In this document: in pieces, positions 28,507 through 38,716 of the stretch
How the letters are laid out: each line of letters starts with the position of its first letter
Numbering within the stretch: position 1 is the first letter of the stretch
Assembly (NCBI GenBank): GCA_965198175.1
Contig: OZ240245.1
Span: 4,128,001 to 4,192,000 of the forward strand
From: Candidatus Poribacteria bacterium
GTDB lineage: Bacteria > Poribacteria > WGA-4E > PCPOR2b
Direction of reading: 5' to 3'
Length of the DNA stretch: 64,000 nucleotides
The notes under the pieces: model-generated
What the model was told of the DNA's origin: nothing
Databases searched by the model: none
What the model saw: only the letters and a program-made list of their open reading frames with translations
Made by a program: the position numbers and the translations under genes

Positions 28507-28878
28507 GTGATAGGGCCGTGGTATAGAAGCACTGTTTTGGTTTGCGTTTTATCTTTCGCTGGATGTGGGATGGCACACCAATCACAAGAAGCGGGCGAAC
28601 CGATGACAACGGGATATGGCAACCCATACTTTGAACAGGGCAACATCCATCTTAAGAAGAAACAATATCACAAGGCAATCGAACAGTACAGCCATGCGCT
28701 GCGCTTGAATCCGGATTCCGCCGTTATCCATGCCGCTCTCGGATGGGCATACTACAACGTAGGTAAACTTGATGCGGCAATCGCTGAAGGGGAAGAAGTG
28801 ATGCGTTTAGAACCAGAGAACAACGATGTACAGAAGTTGATGGACCTACTCTACCAGCAGCGGAATCGACCACGTTGA
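28507..28878 (+). CDS. TPR-containing lipoprotein
   Basis: Lipobox FAGC; two TPR motifs (YFEQGNIHL..AIEQYSHALRLNPD). Confidence 0.8.
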   Translation: MIGPWYRSTVLVCVLSFAGCGMAHQSQEAGEPMTTGYGNPYFEQGNIHLKKKQYHKAIEQYSHALRLNPDSAVIHAALGWAYYNVGKLDAAIAEGEEVMRLEPENNDVQKLMDLLYQQRNRPR

Positions 28879-29010
28879 CATACTCCCAAGGCAAATAAAA
28901 CACTTAGGATTCTGGTTTCCACAATGACTGCCCACCACTAGCAGATTCGACGTAATCTCCCCAAGGCTCGATGTCCCATCCCTTTCAGTCTAATCCCGCG
29001 TCCAACTCCC
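28875..29010 (-). mobile_element. Decayed IS200/IS605 tnpB 3' end / right end (reRNA-like relic)
   Basis: Minus strand reads aagggatgggacatcgagccttggggagattacgt...ggcagtcattgtggaaaccaGAATCctaagtg..ccttGGGAGTATGTCAA, the typical IS605 right-end layout. The terminal TCAA overlaps the TPR stop codon. Confidence 0.75.
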
Positions 29011-29079
29011 CATAAGAAAATGTCTGCAAGCCAAGTCGAGTCGCGTAATCTGACGTGCTAATGTCTGGGCTGTTTCTTG

Positions 29080-29108
29080 TTGACATGTGTTCGGCAAGTT
29101 GATAAAAT
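29080..29108 (+). promoter_or_regulatory. sigma70 promoter
   Basis: TTGACA-17 bp-TAAAAT. Confidence 0.7.
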
Positions 29109-29141
29109 GGAGATCACAAGGACAGCAGGGAGAATACCGCG

Positions 29142-30308
29142 TTGCAATCAAAGGAATCACTGGACACCCTAAAGACGATGGAGTTATTCACCCATGCGCC
29201 CAGCGAAGTACTCTCCTCAATCTGGGATAAGATGGAGGAGGTTCGGTTGTCCGCCGGAACAGTTCTTTTTAACACGGGTGACCCTGGAGATGGTCTTTAC
29301 CTCATTATAGAAGGTAAGCTGAGGATTGTTTCAGGCAACGTACTACTCGGGACGAGAGAGCCAGGGGAATATGTGGGTGAATTGGCGTTGCTAGATGATT
29401 CTCCACGCAGCGCCACTGTTGAGGCGATAACCGATGCCCTTCTCCTAAAACTCTACCGTGAGGACTTCCATCATGTATTGACAACCTTACCGGAGGTTGT
29501 CAGCACTCTGCTCCGGCTGTTAGTCCAGAAGATTCGGAACGATACGGCGCAGCACGCCGCCATCCTGCATCAACAGGAGGAACTCCAATATGACCTCAGA
29601 CGAGCATATGAGATACAGACCGCGATGCTGCCTAGCGGAAACCTAGGGCTGGATTGGGTTCATCTCGCCGGAAGAAGTCAACCGGCTGCGATTGTTGGTG
29701 GGGATTATTATGACTATTTTCAGTTGCCCGATGGGTGCGTCAGCGTCGCAATTGGCGACGTTGTCGGGCACGGATTTTATTCCAGCTTGTTGGTCGCTAT
29801 CGTCAGTAGTGCCCTGCATTTTCAGGTGGAACGAGATGCAACGCCTGTTTCGGTTCACGGCGCTTTGAACAAAGTCGTGCGAAACTACCGTCATACCCGT
29901 CTGCTAATGACATTTTCCTACATGATACTCAATCCTGCCGACCGTACGTTTACCTTGACCAACGCCGGTCACCCGTATCCTTTCTTGTACCGCCATGCTG
30001 AATGTAGATGGACATCGCTGCAGATTGATTCGCTTCCCCTGGGGTCCCTTCTCCATCAGCGTCCAGAGGAGATGACGGTGAAATGGGAGCTAGGTGACCG
30101 GCTGTTTCTGTATTCTGATGGTCTCATCGAAGCCCAAAATGAGCTCGAACAGATATATGGTGGTGATGCATTGGAGGGTTTTCTCTACAAAAATGCCTCC
30201 CTGACGCCTAACGAAATGATTGCCCGCATGTACGAGGAACTTAAAGACTATTGCGGGGGACGACCATTCGACGATGATGTCACCGTTGCCGTTGTTGAGT
30301 TCTCGTGA
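29142..30308 (+). CDS. cNMP-binding domain + SpoIIE/PP2C phosphatase (RsbU-like)
   Basis: GEYVGELALLDDSPRSAT; VGGDYYD, GDVVGHG, NAGHP, YSDGLIEA, DDVT. Confidence 0.9.
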   Translation: MQSKESLDTLKTMELFTHAPSEVLSSIWDKMEEVRLSAGTVLFNTGDPGDGLYLIIEGKLRIVSGNVLLGTREPGEYVGELALLDDSPRSATVEAITDALLLKLYREDFHHVLTTLPEVVSTLLRLLVQKIRNDTAQHAAILHQQEELQYDLRRAYEIQTAMLPSGNLGLDWVHLAGRSQPAAIVGGDYYDYFQLPDGCVSVAIGDVVGHGFYSSLLVAIVSSALHFQVERDATPVSVHGALNKVVRNYRHTRLLMTFSYMILNPADRTFTLTNAGHPYPFLYRHAECRWTSLQIDSLPLGSLLHQRPEEMTVKWELGDRLFLYSDGLIEAQNELEQIYGGDALEGFLYKNASLTPNEMIARMYEELKDYCGGRPFDDDVTVAVVEFS

Positions 30309-30396
30309 TGATTCCTTATTGGATGGTATTTCCGGGATGCTCCCAGAATTTCGCATAGGCTGTTCTGTTACCTCTTAACCTGCAGAAGGAGTGCAG

Positions 30397-31188
30397 ATGA
30401 TGTCAGATTTCAAGGATAAGGTGGTAATTGTCACCGGCGGTGCCAAGGGCATCGGACGGGGTATTTGTCTGGCTTTTGCCGGGGAAGGCGCCCAAGTGTT
30501 GTCCGCAGACGTGGACGAAAACGCTGGCGCTGAACTTGCTGACCAATGCAGCGAGGTAGCCGGCACCATCCGCTTCCGGCAGACTGACGTATCGCAAAGC
30601 AGCGAATGCCAGGCGCTGGTCAAAGCAACGGTGTCGGCGTGGGGTGGAGTGGACATTCTTTGTAACAACGTTGGTATCCAGCCGGCGAGCAGCTATATGC
30701 CAGCCCATGAACTCCCCGAGACGTTGTGGGACCGCATCATTGATGTGAATCTCAAGAGCTATTTCCTGATGACGAAGGCTTGTGTGCCGGAGATGAAAAG
30801 ACGTGGCGCCGGGGTGATTATCAACACCGCCAGCGTCCAAGGACTTCAATCGATGAAGGGGGCACCGGCTTATGCAGCTAGCAAGGGTGGAATCCTCTCC
30901 CTGACCCGTCAGTTAGCTCTGGATTATGCCGAAGACAACATCCGAGTGCTAGCGGTCAACCCCGGTTCCATCGACACGCCGTTGGTCGCGGAATCGCTGG
31001 AAATCATCAACGGGGACAAGGAGGAACTGAGAATGAGGATTGCGATGGCACACCCCATTGGGCGTATTGGACAACCCGAGGATATCGCCCATGCGGTGCT
31101 ATTTCTAGCTAGTGACAAGGCTTCTTTCATGACTGGGGAGTACGTATGCGTGGACGGTGGATTAATGGCGAAGGGGGCTTGGGCATAA
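30397..31188 (+). CDS. Short-chain dehydrogenase/reductase
   Basis: TGGAKGIG, NNVG, YAASK, PGSIDTP. Confidence 0.92.
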   Translation: MMSDFKDKVVIVTGGAKGIGRGICLAFAGEGAQVLSADVDENAGAELADQCSEVAGTIRFRQTDVSQSSECQALVKATVSAWGGVDILCNNVGIQPASSYMPAHELPETLWDRIIDVNLKSYFLMTKACVPEMKRRGAGVIINTASVQGLQSMKGAPAYAASKGGILSLTRQLALDYAEDNIRVLAVNPGSIDTPLVAESLEIINGDKEELRMRIAMAHPIGRIGQPEDIAHAVLFLASDKASFMTGEYVCVDGGLMAKGAWA

Positions 31189-31271
31189 TATCAGCAACCT
31201 CACAACCGTGTCAAAAATACGCTGAAACCCATCGAACAGACATCAGCGATAATCCGCCTAAAATACAGGAA

Positions 31272-31760
31272 ATGACAGTGAAACTCGGTGTTCTTTCCGA
31301 CAGTCACGACAACGTACCCATGGTCAATAAGGCTGTCGAATTATTCAATGACGAAGGGGTCGCGTTAGTGATACACGCCGGTGATTTTATCGCTCCCTTT
31401 GTGGTAGCGGCGATGGGCGATCTGAAATGTCGCGTCGTCGGTGTCTTTGGCAATAACGATGGAGATCGCATTGCCATTGCCCAGCGATTCGAAGCTATCG
31501 GGGTGATTCATCCCAATCTCGCCATCGCTGAAATTGGTGGGCGCACCATTGCAGCAACCCACTATCCCGAACTTGCCGAACCCATCGCAAAAAGCGGTCA
31601 GTACAACATCGTCATCTATGGGCACACCCATCGGATTGATATCCGTAGAGAAACATCGCTCATCCTCAACCCTGGCGAGACCGGCGGCTGGACAACTGGC
31701 AGATGTACAGTAGCAATCGTGGAACTAGATACACTGGAAGTAGAGATTCATGAGTTGTGA
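31272..31760 (+). CDS. Metallophosphoesterase (YfcE/MJ0936 family)
   Basis: SDSHD, HAGD, GNND, YGHTH, NPGE. Confidence 0.9.
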   Translation: MTVKLGVLSDSHDNVPMVNKAVELFNDEGVALVIHAGDFIAPFVVAAMGDLKCRVVGVFGNNDGDRIAIAQRFEAIGVIHPNLAIAEIGGRTIAATHYPELAEPIAKSGQYNIVIYGHTHRIDIRRETSLILNPGETGGWTTGRCTVAIVELDTLEVEIHEL

Positions 31761-31834
31761 AAACTGTAAGAAAAGCCGTCGATGATTCACAGTTTGTAAC
31801 ACATTCGTATGTCTGGGGAACAAGGAGATTATTG

Positions 31835-32638
31835 ATGTCGGCTTTGAAGTTGAACGAAAATGGAGACTACGGATTTCAATTGGAATCACTAAATGGATTT
31901 ATTCATACGCGTGGCGACTATCATGGACTTATCCTCCTGGCAAACGGAGCACCAATCACCCGATCCGGAATGTATGCAATCAACCTTGAACGCTACCTCT
32001 CACACGGCAATAGATACGGGCATCTTGTCCCAGGCGATGAATTACATTATGAAATCGATCGAGATTCCCTATCAATAAATTTCGAGGAAAGGGATCCGTG
32101 GAAAGTCCATACCACGCTGACCTACTGCTTCCAAGCAGATGACTGCATTGATGTGATTCTCAATTTTATATTCTCTCGGCACTACCAGGGTTTTGAAGCC
32201 TTCGTTTCTTCTTACTTCGATGAACGGCACCTCCCCTTTCTTAACATCGGTCAGGAGTGGATACAACCACATTTTCAACCGAAGGAACAACTCTTCTTTA
32301 CGCGCGATGATGAAGCATCCGTACTCATGGTTGATGGACGATGGGATTGGCTTCAAGATCACGGTCATTTTGTCAACGATGATGGACGGAAGTATACACT
32401 CCCGGTGATTGTCACATGGAATGAAAAAACTAAATTCGCTCTGATCCAGATGATTGAACTCACGAGATGTCCTGCGATTTCCATCAACACGATTGCACAT
32501 GGACAGGCTTTCTCACTAATTGGCGAAGATGTGAGAGCGGGCGAACGAATCACTGCCCGAGCGCGTCTTTTATATCGAGAAGTTACCAATCTCGACGTCG
32601 TGACGGAATGGTACGAGGCATGGGATACTGAGCGTTAG
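31835..32638 (+). CDS. Hypothetical protein (possible beta-sandwich)
   Basis: Long ORF with AAGGAG RBS before MSALKL; no recognised motif. Confidence 0.65.
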   Translation: MSALKLNENGDYGFQLESLNGFIHTRGDYHGLILLANGAPITRSGMYAINLERYLSHGNRYGHLVPGDELHYEIDRDSLSINFEERDPWKVHTTLTYCFQADDCIDVILNFIFSRHYQGFEAFVSSYFDERHLPFLNIGQEWIQPHFQPKEQLFFTRDDEASVLMVDGRWDWLQDHGHFVNDDGRKYTLPVIVTWNEKTKFALIQMIELTRCPAISINTIAHGQAFSLIGEDVRAGERITARARLLYREVTNLDVVTEWYEAWDTER

Positions 32639-32687
32639 GGTGTCATTCGTCAGACCGTATAGCGTTATGGTTTCTGGTTGGGCAACC

Positions 32688-32826
32688 GAGCGAATGGCAA
32701 CGATACTGTTTTATATCAGCGGATACTCACAATAAGAGATTGGTGAATTTCTCGGTGTAACCGTGAAAACTGTTAAAACCCAACTCCATTCCGTTCCGAA
32801 ACCGACTCAGAGATGAGGATTGCCCC
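32688..32826 (+). pseudogene. Relic of ECF sigma-70 region 4, formerly in frame with the ankyrin gene
   Basis: Translates as ERMATILFYISGYSQ*EIGEFLGVTVKTVKTQLHS. After a 1-nt shift at ~32793-32796 it reads RNRLRDEDCP, in frame with the ATG at 32827. Confidence 0.75.
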
Positions 32827-33801
32827 ATGAAAAGCGACCTACATCTTAATCCTTTGGCTCGTGAGGTAATTGAGGCAATTGACCACAATGATCCCGACCG
32901 CATTAAGGATGTGCTCAACCGGAATCTTTCCATTGCAAATCCGAAATGGAGGTCAGATTATAAGCCGCCGAATGCTACGGATGCCACCAACTGGTTAAAT
33001 GAGCCGATGCTCCTTTTTTATGTTTCTGAGGCGGTGTTTGAGGGGAAAATTCCAGCGGGAACAAACGAATATGCGATAACCAAAGCACTGTTGGCAGCTG
33101 GTGCCGATGTGGACTTCTTTGATGGTTATCCTCTCGTCGCCGCCGTCAGCTACAATGCGCCTCACGTTGTCCGTGCACTACTTGAAAATGGTGCGTCTGT
33201 CAACGGCACGGACAACGATGGCGTACCAATGGCATATACGCTATTCTTCGGGTTCACGACGGCTTCGATGCTTCTCGTGGAATGGGGCGCTAAAATTGAC
33301 CTACGATTTGCTGCCGGTATCGGCGATTTGGATAAAGTCAAGAGTTTCTTCAAAGCAGATGGCAGCCTGAAACCGGGAGCAGGCGCGCTTGCCGATCCAT
33401 ACGGACATGAGTGGAAACAGCGCAATGGTGTTGTCCATAGGTGTGACCGTACACGCGAGAACATTCTGAGTCAAGCGCTCTTGTACGCATGTTTGCATGA
33501 TAGGCTCGTGGTTGCAGAATACCTCATCCAACAGGGCGCGCACGTGAACGCTTTGGTACCAGACTTAGGGGAAAAGGAGTTTACTGTCCTCCATCGGGTG
33601 GCAAAAACTGGCAATTTCGGCGCAACCGCGGATCCGAGAGATGTCGAGTCTCAGCGGTTAGGTGCCGTGAACTTCCTACTCGAACACGGCGCCGATGTTG
33701 CCATCCGCGATCCCGTGTTTAAGGCAACACCGCCGCAGTGGGCGAAGCACTTCGAATGTGAACGCATCGCCGAAATTCTGCAAAAGCACAGTGAAGCATA
33801 A
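32827..33801 (+). CDS. Ankyrin repeat protein
   Basis: ALLAAGADVD, ALLENGASVN, YLIQQGAHVN, FLLEHGADV. Confidence 0.85.
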   Translation: MKSDLHLNPLAREVIEAIDHNDPDRIKDVLNRNLSIANPKWRSDYKPPNATDATNWLNEPMLLFYVSEAVFEGKIPAGTNEYAITKALLAAGADVDFFDGYPLVAAVSYNAPHVVRALLENGASVNGTDNDGVPMAYTLFFGFTTASMLLVEWGAKIDLRFAAGIGDLDKVKSFFKADGSLKPGAGALADPYGHEWKQRNGVVHRCDRTRENILSQALLYACLHDRLVVAEYLIQQGAHVNALVPDLGEKEFTVLHRVAKTGNFGATADPRDVESQRLGAVNFLLEHGADVAIRDPVFKATPPQWAKHFECERIAEILQKHSEA

Positions 33802-33970
33802 CAGTCTAAACACCGTGCCTATACTGAACGAAACGAGGCATTGCTAATTCGCCGAATTTCTAAGAACTCCTGCTTGGAGTTGCCGATTTCATGTCCCGCA
33901 AAACGAAGGTAGGACAGAAAAAGATGCACGATGTGAGTTAATCCGGATACCGTATCTCACAATCCAAAAT

Positions 33971-34792
33971 ATGGAAGATAGGACGATGGCGATGACCGAT
34001 GAAGAACGTTTTCGCTTTGACCTAGCCGGCTTTTTGATACGCCCGGCAATTTTGGCTCCACATGAAATTGACGAAATCGTCGATCAGATTGACCGTATCA
34101 AACATAATCCTGAATCGCTGCCTCCCGCACATCGAGCCGTGCCGGGAGGTCCCTCTAGCCTGCTGATTGACCATCCGAATGTCATTGACGTGATTCACGA
34201 AGTCATCGGACCGGATATTCGCATTGAAAGCAGCTTCTGTATCTGGCGCACGAAAGGAGAGTCACCCGGACCGCTTCACGGCGGCGGTCCAATACAGGCG
34301 GATCCGATTTTCGGCTATCGTGTCAAGGATGGACGCATTCATGCCGGGATGGTGCGGGTCGTTTTCGAACTGACCGAGATCGGCAAGGAAGATGGAGCAA
34401 CGCATTTCATCATTGGCAGTCATAAGGCAAACTTTCCGATGCACCCAGATCATATGTCGTTGGAGCCAGCGCAGCGCAGCGAGTTTTTGAGGAGTTTCGA
34501 GTGTCCCGCGGGGAGCGCAATTATTTTTACAGAGAGCCTCTGTCATGCTGGTCCCGCTTGGCAGCGAGATACGCCGCGTATTGCTGTGTTCAATGCTTAT
34601 TCCCACCTTGCTACGAACTGGCACCGCCTAACAATCCCACCGGAGGTGTTGGCGGGACTCCCGCGGGAGAAACAAGCTTACTTTCGTGAACCATGGATTG
34701 CTGATTTTCGAACGAGCCCATTTACACATAACACGATAGATCGATTTGTCAACAATGATGAACCTCCGGTCAATACTGATAATTGTCCATGA
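33971..34792 (+). CDS. Phytanoyl-CoA dioxygenase (PhyH) family protein
   Basis: MTDEERFRFDLAGFL, LHGGG, DGATHFIIGSHK, FTESLCH. Confidence 0.85.
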   Translation: MEDRTMAMTDEERFRFDLAGFLIRPAILAPHEIDEIVDQIDRIKHNPESLPPAHRAVPGGPSSLLIDHPNVIDVIHEVIGPDIRIESSFCIWRTKGESPGPLHGGGPIQADPIFGYRVKDGRIHAGMVRVVFELTEIGKEDGATHFIIGSHKANFPMHPDHMSLEPAQRSEFLRSFECPAGSAIIFTESLCHAGPAWQRDTPRIAVFNAYSHLATNWHRLTIPPEVLAGLPREKQAYFREPWIADFRTSPFTHNTIDRFVNNDEPPVNTDNCP

Positions 34793-34904
34793 AAGAAAAT
34801 CCAGCAAAACAGAGTTGCACACGCCAAAGGAATCATAATGCAAGTCGAACAGACGTAAGAACCCAAATCATTGTGGATAGTCTAGATAATTAGAGAGTTT
34901 TTGA

Positions 34905-35642
34905 ATGCTAACAAACATAGAGAAATTTCAACTTGACGAACAAGGTTTTGTGCTTCTGAAGAATGTCATCACGATTGATGAGGCTGACCAATTACGAAAT
35001 CTGTCGATGTCCCTTGCCGCAGAGGAGCGAGAAGCTGGGTGTGGCTTTATGTATTTTGATAGTCGTGCTCAGCGGGTCTGGAACCTAGTCAACAAAGGAG
35101 AATTGTTTGAAAAGGCAATCCAGCATCCGCGCATTCTCATGGCAATCGAGTACCTACTTGGCGAAGACTGTACGCTCAGTTCGTTTACTGTCAACATCAT
35201 CAGTCTAGGTGCTCCCGATGACGGTCTCCATATCGACTACCCATTGAGTGCCATGCCTACGCCCCGTCCGAGCTTCCCGATTGTTGCCAACAGCGTCTGG
35301 TTTCTCGACGATTTTACCCTTGAGAACGGTGCGACCAGCTGTATCCCCGGCAGTCATCGTCGGCTCGAAGCGATGCCGGAGCCCGGTGTCGAGTATGATG
35401 ATGAAGTGCAGATTCCAGGTCCAAAAGGTTCTGTGCTGATTGTCAACGGTTCTGCCTGGCACGGATCGTCAGCGAATCATACGGATCGGGATCGGGTAGC
35501 ACTGCTCGGTTTTTTCTGTCGAGCGTTCATGAAGCCGCAGCAGGATCACTCCAAACTAGTGTCCGACGCGATTCTCGATCGCGCCACACCGACGTTGAAG
35601 CGGCTGCTTGGCTTCGATTCCATGCCCGGCACTAGAAATTAA
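34905..35642 (+). CDS. PhyH family Fe(II)/2OG dioxygenase
   Basis: LHID, LDDFTLENGAT..PGSH, WHGSSAN...R. Confidence 0.9.
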   Translation: MLTNIEKFQLDEQGFVLLKNVITIDEADQLRNLSMSLAAEEREAGCGFMYFDSRAQRVWNLVNKGELFEKAIQHPRILMAIEYLLGEDCTLSSFTVNIISLGAPDDGLHIDYPLSAMPTPRPSFPIVANSVWFLDDFTLENGATSCIPGSHRRLEAMPEPGVEYDDEVQIPGPKGSVLIVNGSAWHGSSANHTDRDRVALLGFFCRAFMKPQQDHSKLVSDAILDRATPTLKRLLGFDSMPGTRN

Positions 35643-35703
35643 TGCCGGCTTTGATATTTTACAGAGTCAAGACAGAATGACTTCAAAGTCTATAGAAAAC
35701 TGT

Positions 35704-36279
35704 ATGATAGACAAATTTTTTGAAGACCATATCAGGATGATACAGAGGCTGCACGGCAAGCATTTAGCTCCCATTCAGCAATTGGGAGAAAAGGCAGTTG
35801 AGACGTTAAGAACTGGTCACACTATCTTCTTTTGTGGCAATGGCGGCAGCGCCGCCGAATGTCAGCATCTGGCGGCTGAGATTATCGGTCGCTTCGTTAA
35901 AGAACGAAGAGGGTATCCTGCTATCGCTTTGACAGTGGATACATCCGCGCTAACAGCGATTTCAAACGACTACGGCTATGAACGGGTGTTCGACCGTCAG
36001 ATTGAAGCTTTGGGGCGGTCCGGCGATCTCCTGATTGGGTTATCGACTTCGGGTCACAGTGCGAATGTGATGAATGTGCTGCGTACGGCTAGGGAAATAG
36101 GACTTTACACCGTTGGCTTGACGGGAAGAGACGGGGGTATGTTGAAGGATATAGTGGATTTGTGTATCACAGTACCTTCTGACACAACCGCACACATCCA
36201 GGAAGCACATCTTGTCATCGGACACATCATGTGTAGTTTCATTGATGCTAATCTTGCAGTGGGCGAAACTAGGCGATGA
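35704..36279 (+). CDS. gmhA: Phosphoheptose isomerase
   Basis: CGNGGSAAECQHLAAE, NDYGYE, STSGHS, IQEAH. Confidence 0.93.
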   Translation: MIDKFFEDHIRMIQRLHGKHLAPIQQLGEKAVETLRTGHTIFFCGNGGSAAECQHLAAEIIGRFVKERRGYPAIALTVDTSALTAISNDYGYERVFDRQIEALGRSGDLLIGLSTSGHSANVMNVLRTAREIGLYTVGLTGRDGGMLKDIVDLCITVPSDTTAHIQEAHLVIGHIMCSFIDANLAVGETRR

Positions 36280-36342
36280 TTCACATCTTATTTATCGGGC
36301 ATTAGACTCATAATGGTTTGGTAAGATAGGACTCTGTTTGAA

Positions 36343-37092
36343 ATGAAAGGTGTCATTTTGGCGGGTGGTAAGGGCGCCCGTCTTTATCCTCTAACGAAAG
36401 TTACAAACAAGCATCTTCTTCCCGTGGGAAGGGAACCAATGATTCTTAATCCGATTAAGCAGCTTGTTTCGGCAGGAATCACAGAGGTCTTGGTTGTGAC
36501 CAGTACTGCACACATGGGAGATGTTGTCAATCTACTCGGAAGTGGAAAATCATTTGGCGTCGATTTTAGCTACAAAGTACAAGAGAAATCTGGGGGGATT
36601 GCCCACGCCCTCCAACTCGCAGAGAATTTTGCAAAGGGTGAAAGAATCGTGGTTGTGCTTGGCGACAATATTGCTGTTAAATCTATAAAACCTTATGTAA
36701 ATAATTTCAGAAGACAGGAAAGAGGAGCGAGGGTCTTATTAAAAGAGGTTGGCGAGCCAACGCGGTATGGCATCGCCGCGCTGGATGAAGAAAAAATAGT
36801 TGAAATTGAAGAAAAACCCGGTAAACCTAAGACTAATTTCGCCGTCATCGGATATTATATGTACGATCAAAAGGTTTTTGAATTTATTGCAAAACAGCAG
36901 CCCTCAGAAAGGGGTGAACTCGAAATCACCGATGTGAATAACGAATACATAAAGCGCTCTGAACTCGAGTATGACATTCTTGAAGGCGATTGGACCGACG
37001 CCGGCACCTTTGAGTCCTTATTTATCGCAAACCAGATGCTCAATCAATGCCAAAACAAAATTCAAGAGCGAGAAATAGAGACGCTAGGTTGA
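36343..37092 (+). CDS. Glucose-1-phosphate thymidylyltransferase-like (short RmlA/SpsI type)
   Basis: GVILAGGKGARLYPLTKVTNKHLLP, LGDN, SERGELEITD, WTDAGT. Confidence 0.88.
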   Translation: MKGVILAGGKGARLYPLTKVTNKHLLPVGREPMILNPIKQLVSAGITEVLVVTSTAHMGDVVNLLGSGKSFGVDFSYKVQEKSGGIAHALQLAENFAKGERIVVVLGDNIAVKSIKPYVNNFRRQERGARVLLKEVGEPTRYGIAALDEEKIVEIEEKPGKPKTNFAVIGYYMYDQKVFEFIAKQQPSERGELEITDVNNEYIKRSELEYDILEGDWTDAGTFESLFIANQMLNQCQNKIQEREIETLG

Positions 37093-37192
37093 GGTATGTC
37101 CAAGCTTAAAACGATGAAAACAGTGATGGTTGAGTGGGTGCCAACCAGCGAGATAACCAACTAGACGCTTAAACAAGCTAGAGGTATGTTTA

Positions 37193-37909
37193 ATGAGGGC
37201 AATGCTATTAGCCGCTGGTCAGGGAACTAGACTTAGACCCTACACGGACAGAATACCTAAACCGATGGTGCAAATCGGTGGGAAACCCATCTTGGAGCAT
37301 AATGTTGAAAGCCTAACGGCATGCGGAATCAAGGAAGTCGCAATCAATCTCCACTACTGCCCAGATGTCATAAAGGACCATTTTGGAAATGGAGCGAAAT
37401 GGGGTGTAAACATCCGTTACTCTTACGAAGAATCTCTTCTCGGTACGGCAGGTGCTTTGAAGGTAATCCCTGATTTTTTTGAGGAAACTTTCATCCTCTG
37501 GTATGGTGATAATCTCTGCCATCTCAACTTGCCCCAGTTCGTTGACTTTCACAACGCAAAAGGGGGGATTGGCACATTAGCCCTACATTGGCGCGAAGAG
37601 GTTTCCCAAGTCGGAATCGTTGACCTTGATAACGATTGTCGGATCCTACGTTTTTTGGAAAAACCGTCCCGCGATCAGGTCTTTAGCCATTGGGTTAACG
37701 CCGGGGTGTATGTGTTAGAGCCAGACATCCTAAACCATATCCCAGAAGGTCAAAATTACGATTTTGGGCGGCATCTCTTTCCAAAGCTATTGAAATCAGG
37801 TCAGAAACTCTACGGTCATCGGATGGATGAAAACGAGAAATTTTGGTGGATTGATAGAACACAAGATCTTCGCGCTGCCATTCGTGATTGGGAAGGCAGA
37901 GAGATTTAG
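37193..37909 (+). CDS. Sugar-phosphate nucleotidyltransferase (mannose-1-P guanylyltransferase/HddC-like)
   Basis: LAAGQGTRLRP, PKPMV, LLGTAGAL, FLEKP, VNAGVY, DFG. Confidence 0.85.
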   Translation: MRAMLLAAGQGTRLRPYTDRIPKPMVQIGGKPILEHNVESLTACGIKEVAINLHYCPDVIKDHFGNGAKWGVNIRYSYEESLLGTAGALKVIPDFFEETFILWYGDNLCHLNLPQFVDFHNAKGGIGTLALHWREEVSQVGIVDLDNDCRILRFLEKPSRDQVFSHWVNAGVYVLEPDILNHIPEGQNYDFGRHLFPKLLKSGQKLYGHRMDENEKFWWIDRTQDLRAAIRDWEGREI

Positions 37910-38069
37910 CCAAATGGTCCGATAGCGCCCTGTTTGGATTGCAATCCGTATATTGGTCTAGAATGGCGAGGTATCAGGCGATCAGGCAGCGATGTCGGCA
38001 CCACTATCAGCCCAATTCAGGCATAAGGGGTAGACATCACAGATTTTGTATGTGCCGGGTGCTAGTAAT

Positions 38070-38699
38070 TTAACTTAAAAGCGTTCTGAAGGTTAAGAGA
38101 ATATAGCGTAAATCCTTCACCAGTGATATCGGCGATTTGACATATTCGAGGTCGAGAACAAGCTTATGGGGCATAATATGTTGAATATATACTTCATCAA
38201 TATTTTCTACATCGTGGATATGGGAGGCTTCGTCCCGCCACTCAATCTGCGCAGGACCAGTGATACCAGGTTTTGCCGTAAGGACTTGTTCTTGTTCTTG
38301 GGTATAGTGTTTCACATAGTTGGATATTTCCGGGCGAGGTCCAACAAAACTCATTTCCCCTCTCCAGACATTAATCATCTGAGGCAACTCGTCTAGCTTC
38401 GTTTTACGTAAGAGTTGTCCGAGTGTGGTGATTCGAGTGTCCTCGTGATAGGTGATGCCGGGTCCGATGCTTGCAGCGCTCGCCACCATGGTGCGGAACT
38501 TGTACATCAGGAACGGAACACCATGTAATCCAATGCGCCGGTGTTTGAAGAACACCGGCCCCTTAGAATCAATCTTGATAGCAAACGCAATCATCAGGAA
38601 AAGGGGAAATGTGACGACAAGACCCAATGCCGAGAAGATTATATCAAAGGATCGCTTCGCGGTCGACGCTCTGCATGAGTTTATGCGAGTGTTGTTCAT
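38070..38699 (-). CDS. Bacterial sugar (phosphoglycosyl) transferase; 3' half of a read-through ORF
   Basis: KRSFDI, KFRTM, LDELPQ..GEMSFVGPRPE, KPGITG.AQ; own ATG at 38699 (MNNTRIN). Confidence 0.9.
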   Translation of the reverse strand: MNNTRINSCRASTAKRSFDIIFSALGLVVTFPLFLMIAFAIKIDSKGPVFFKHRRIGLHGVPFLMYKFRTMVASAASIGPGITYHEDTRITTLGQLLRKTKLDELPQMINVWRGEMSFVGPRPEISNYVKHYTQEQEQVLTAKPGITGPAQIEWRDEASHIHDVENIDEVYIQHIMPHKLVLDLEYVKSPISLVKDLRYILLTFRTLLS

Positions 38700-38716
38700 C
38701 GTGATAAGGTCCGCCG

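Noticed and set aside
37915..38069. Possible remnant of a heptose kinase (hddA) after the nucleotidyltransferase
   Set aside because: The resemblance is limited to a few codons, with stops; not supportable.
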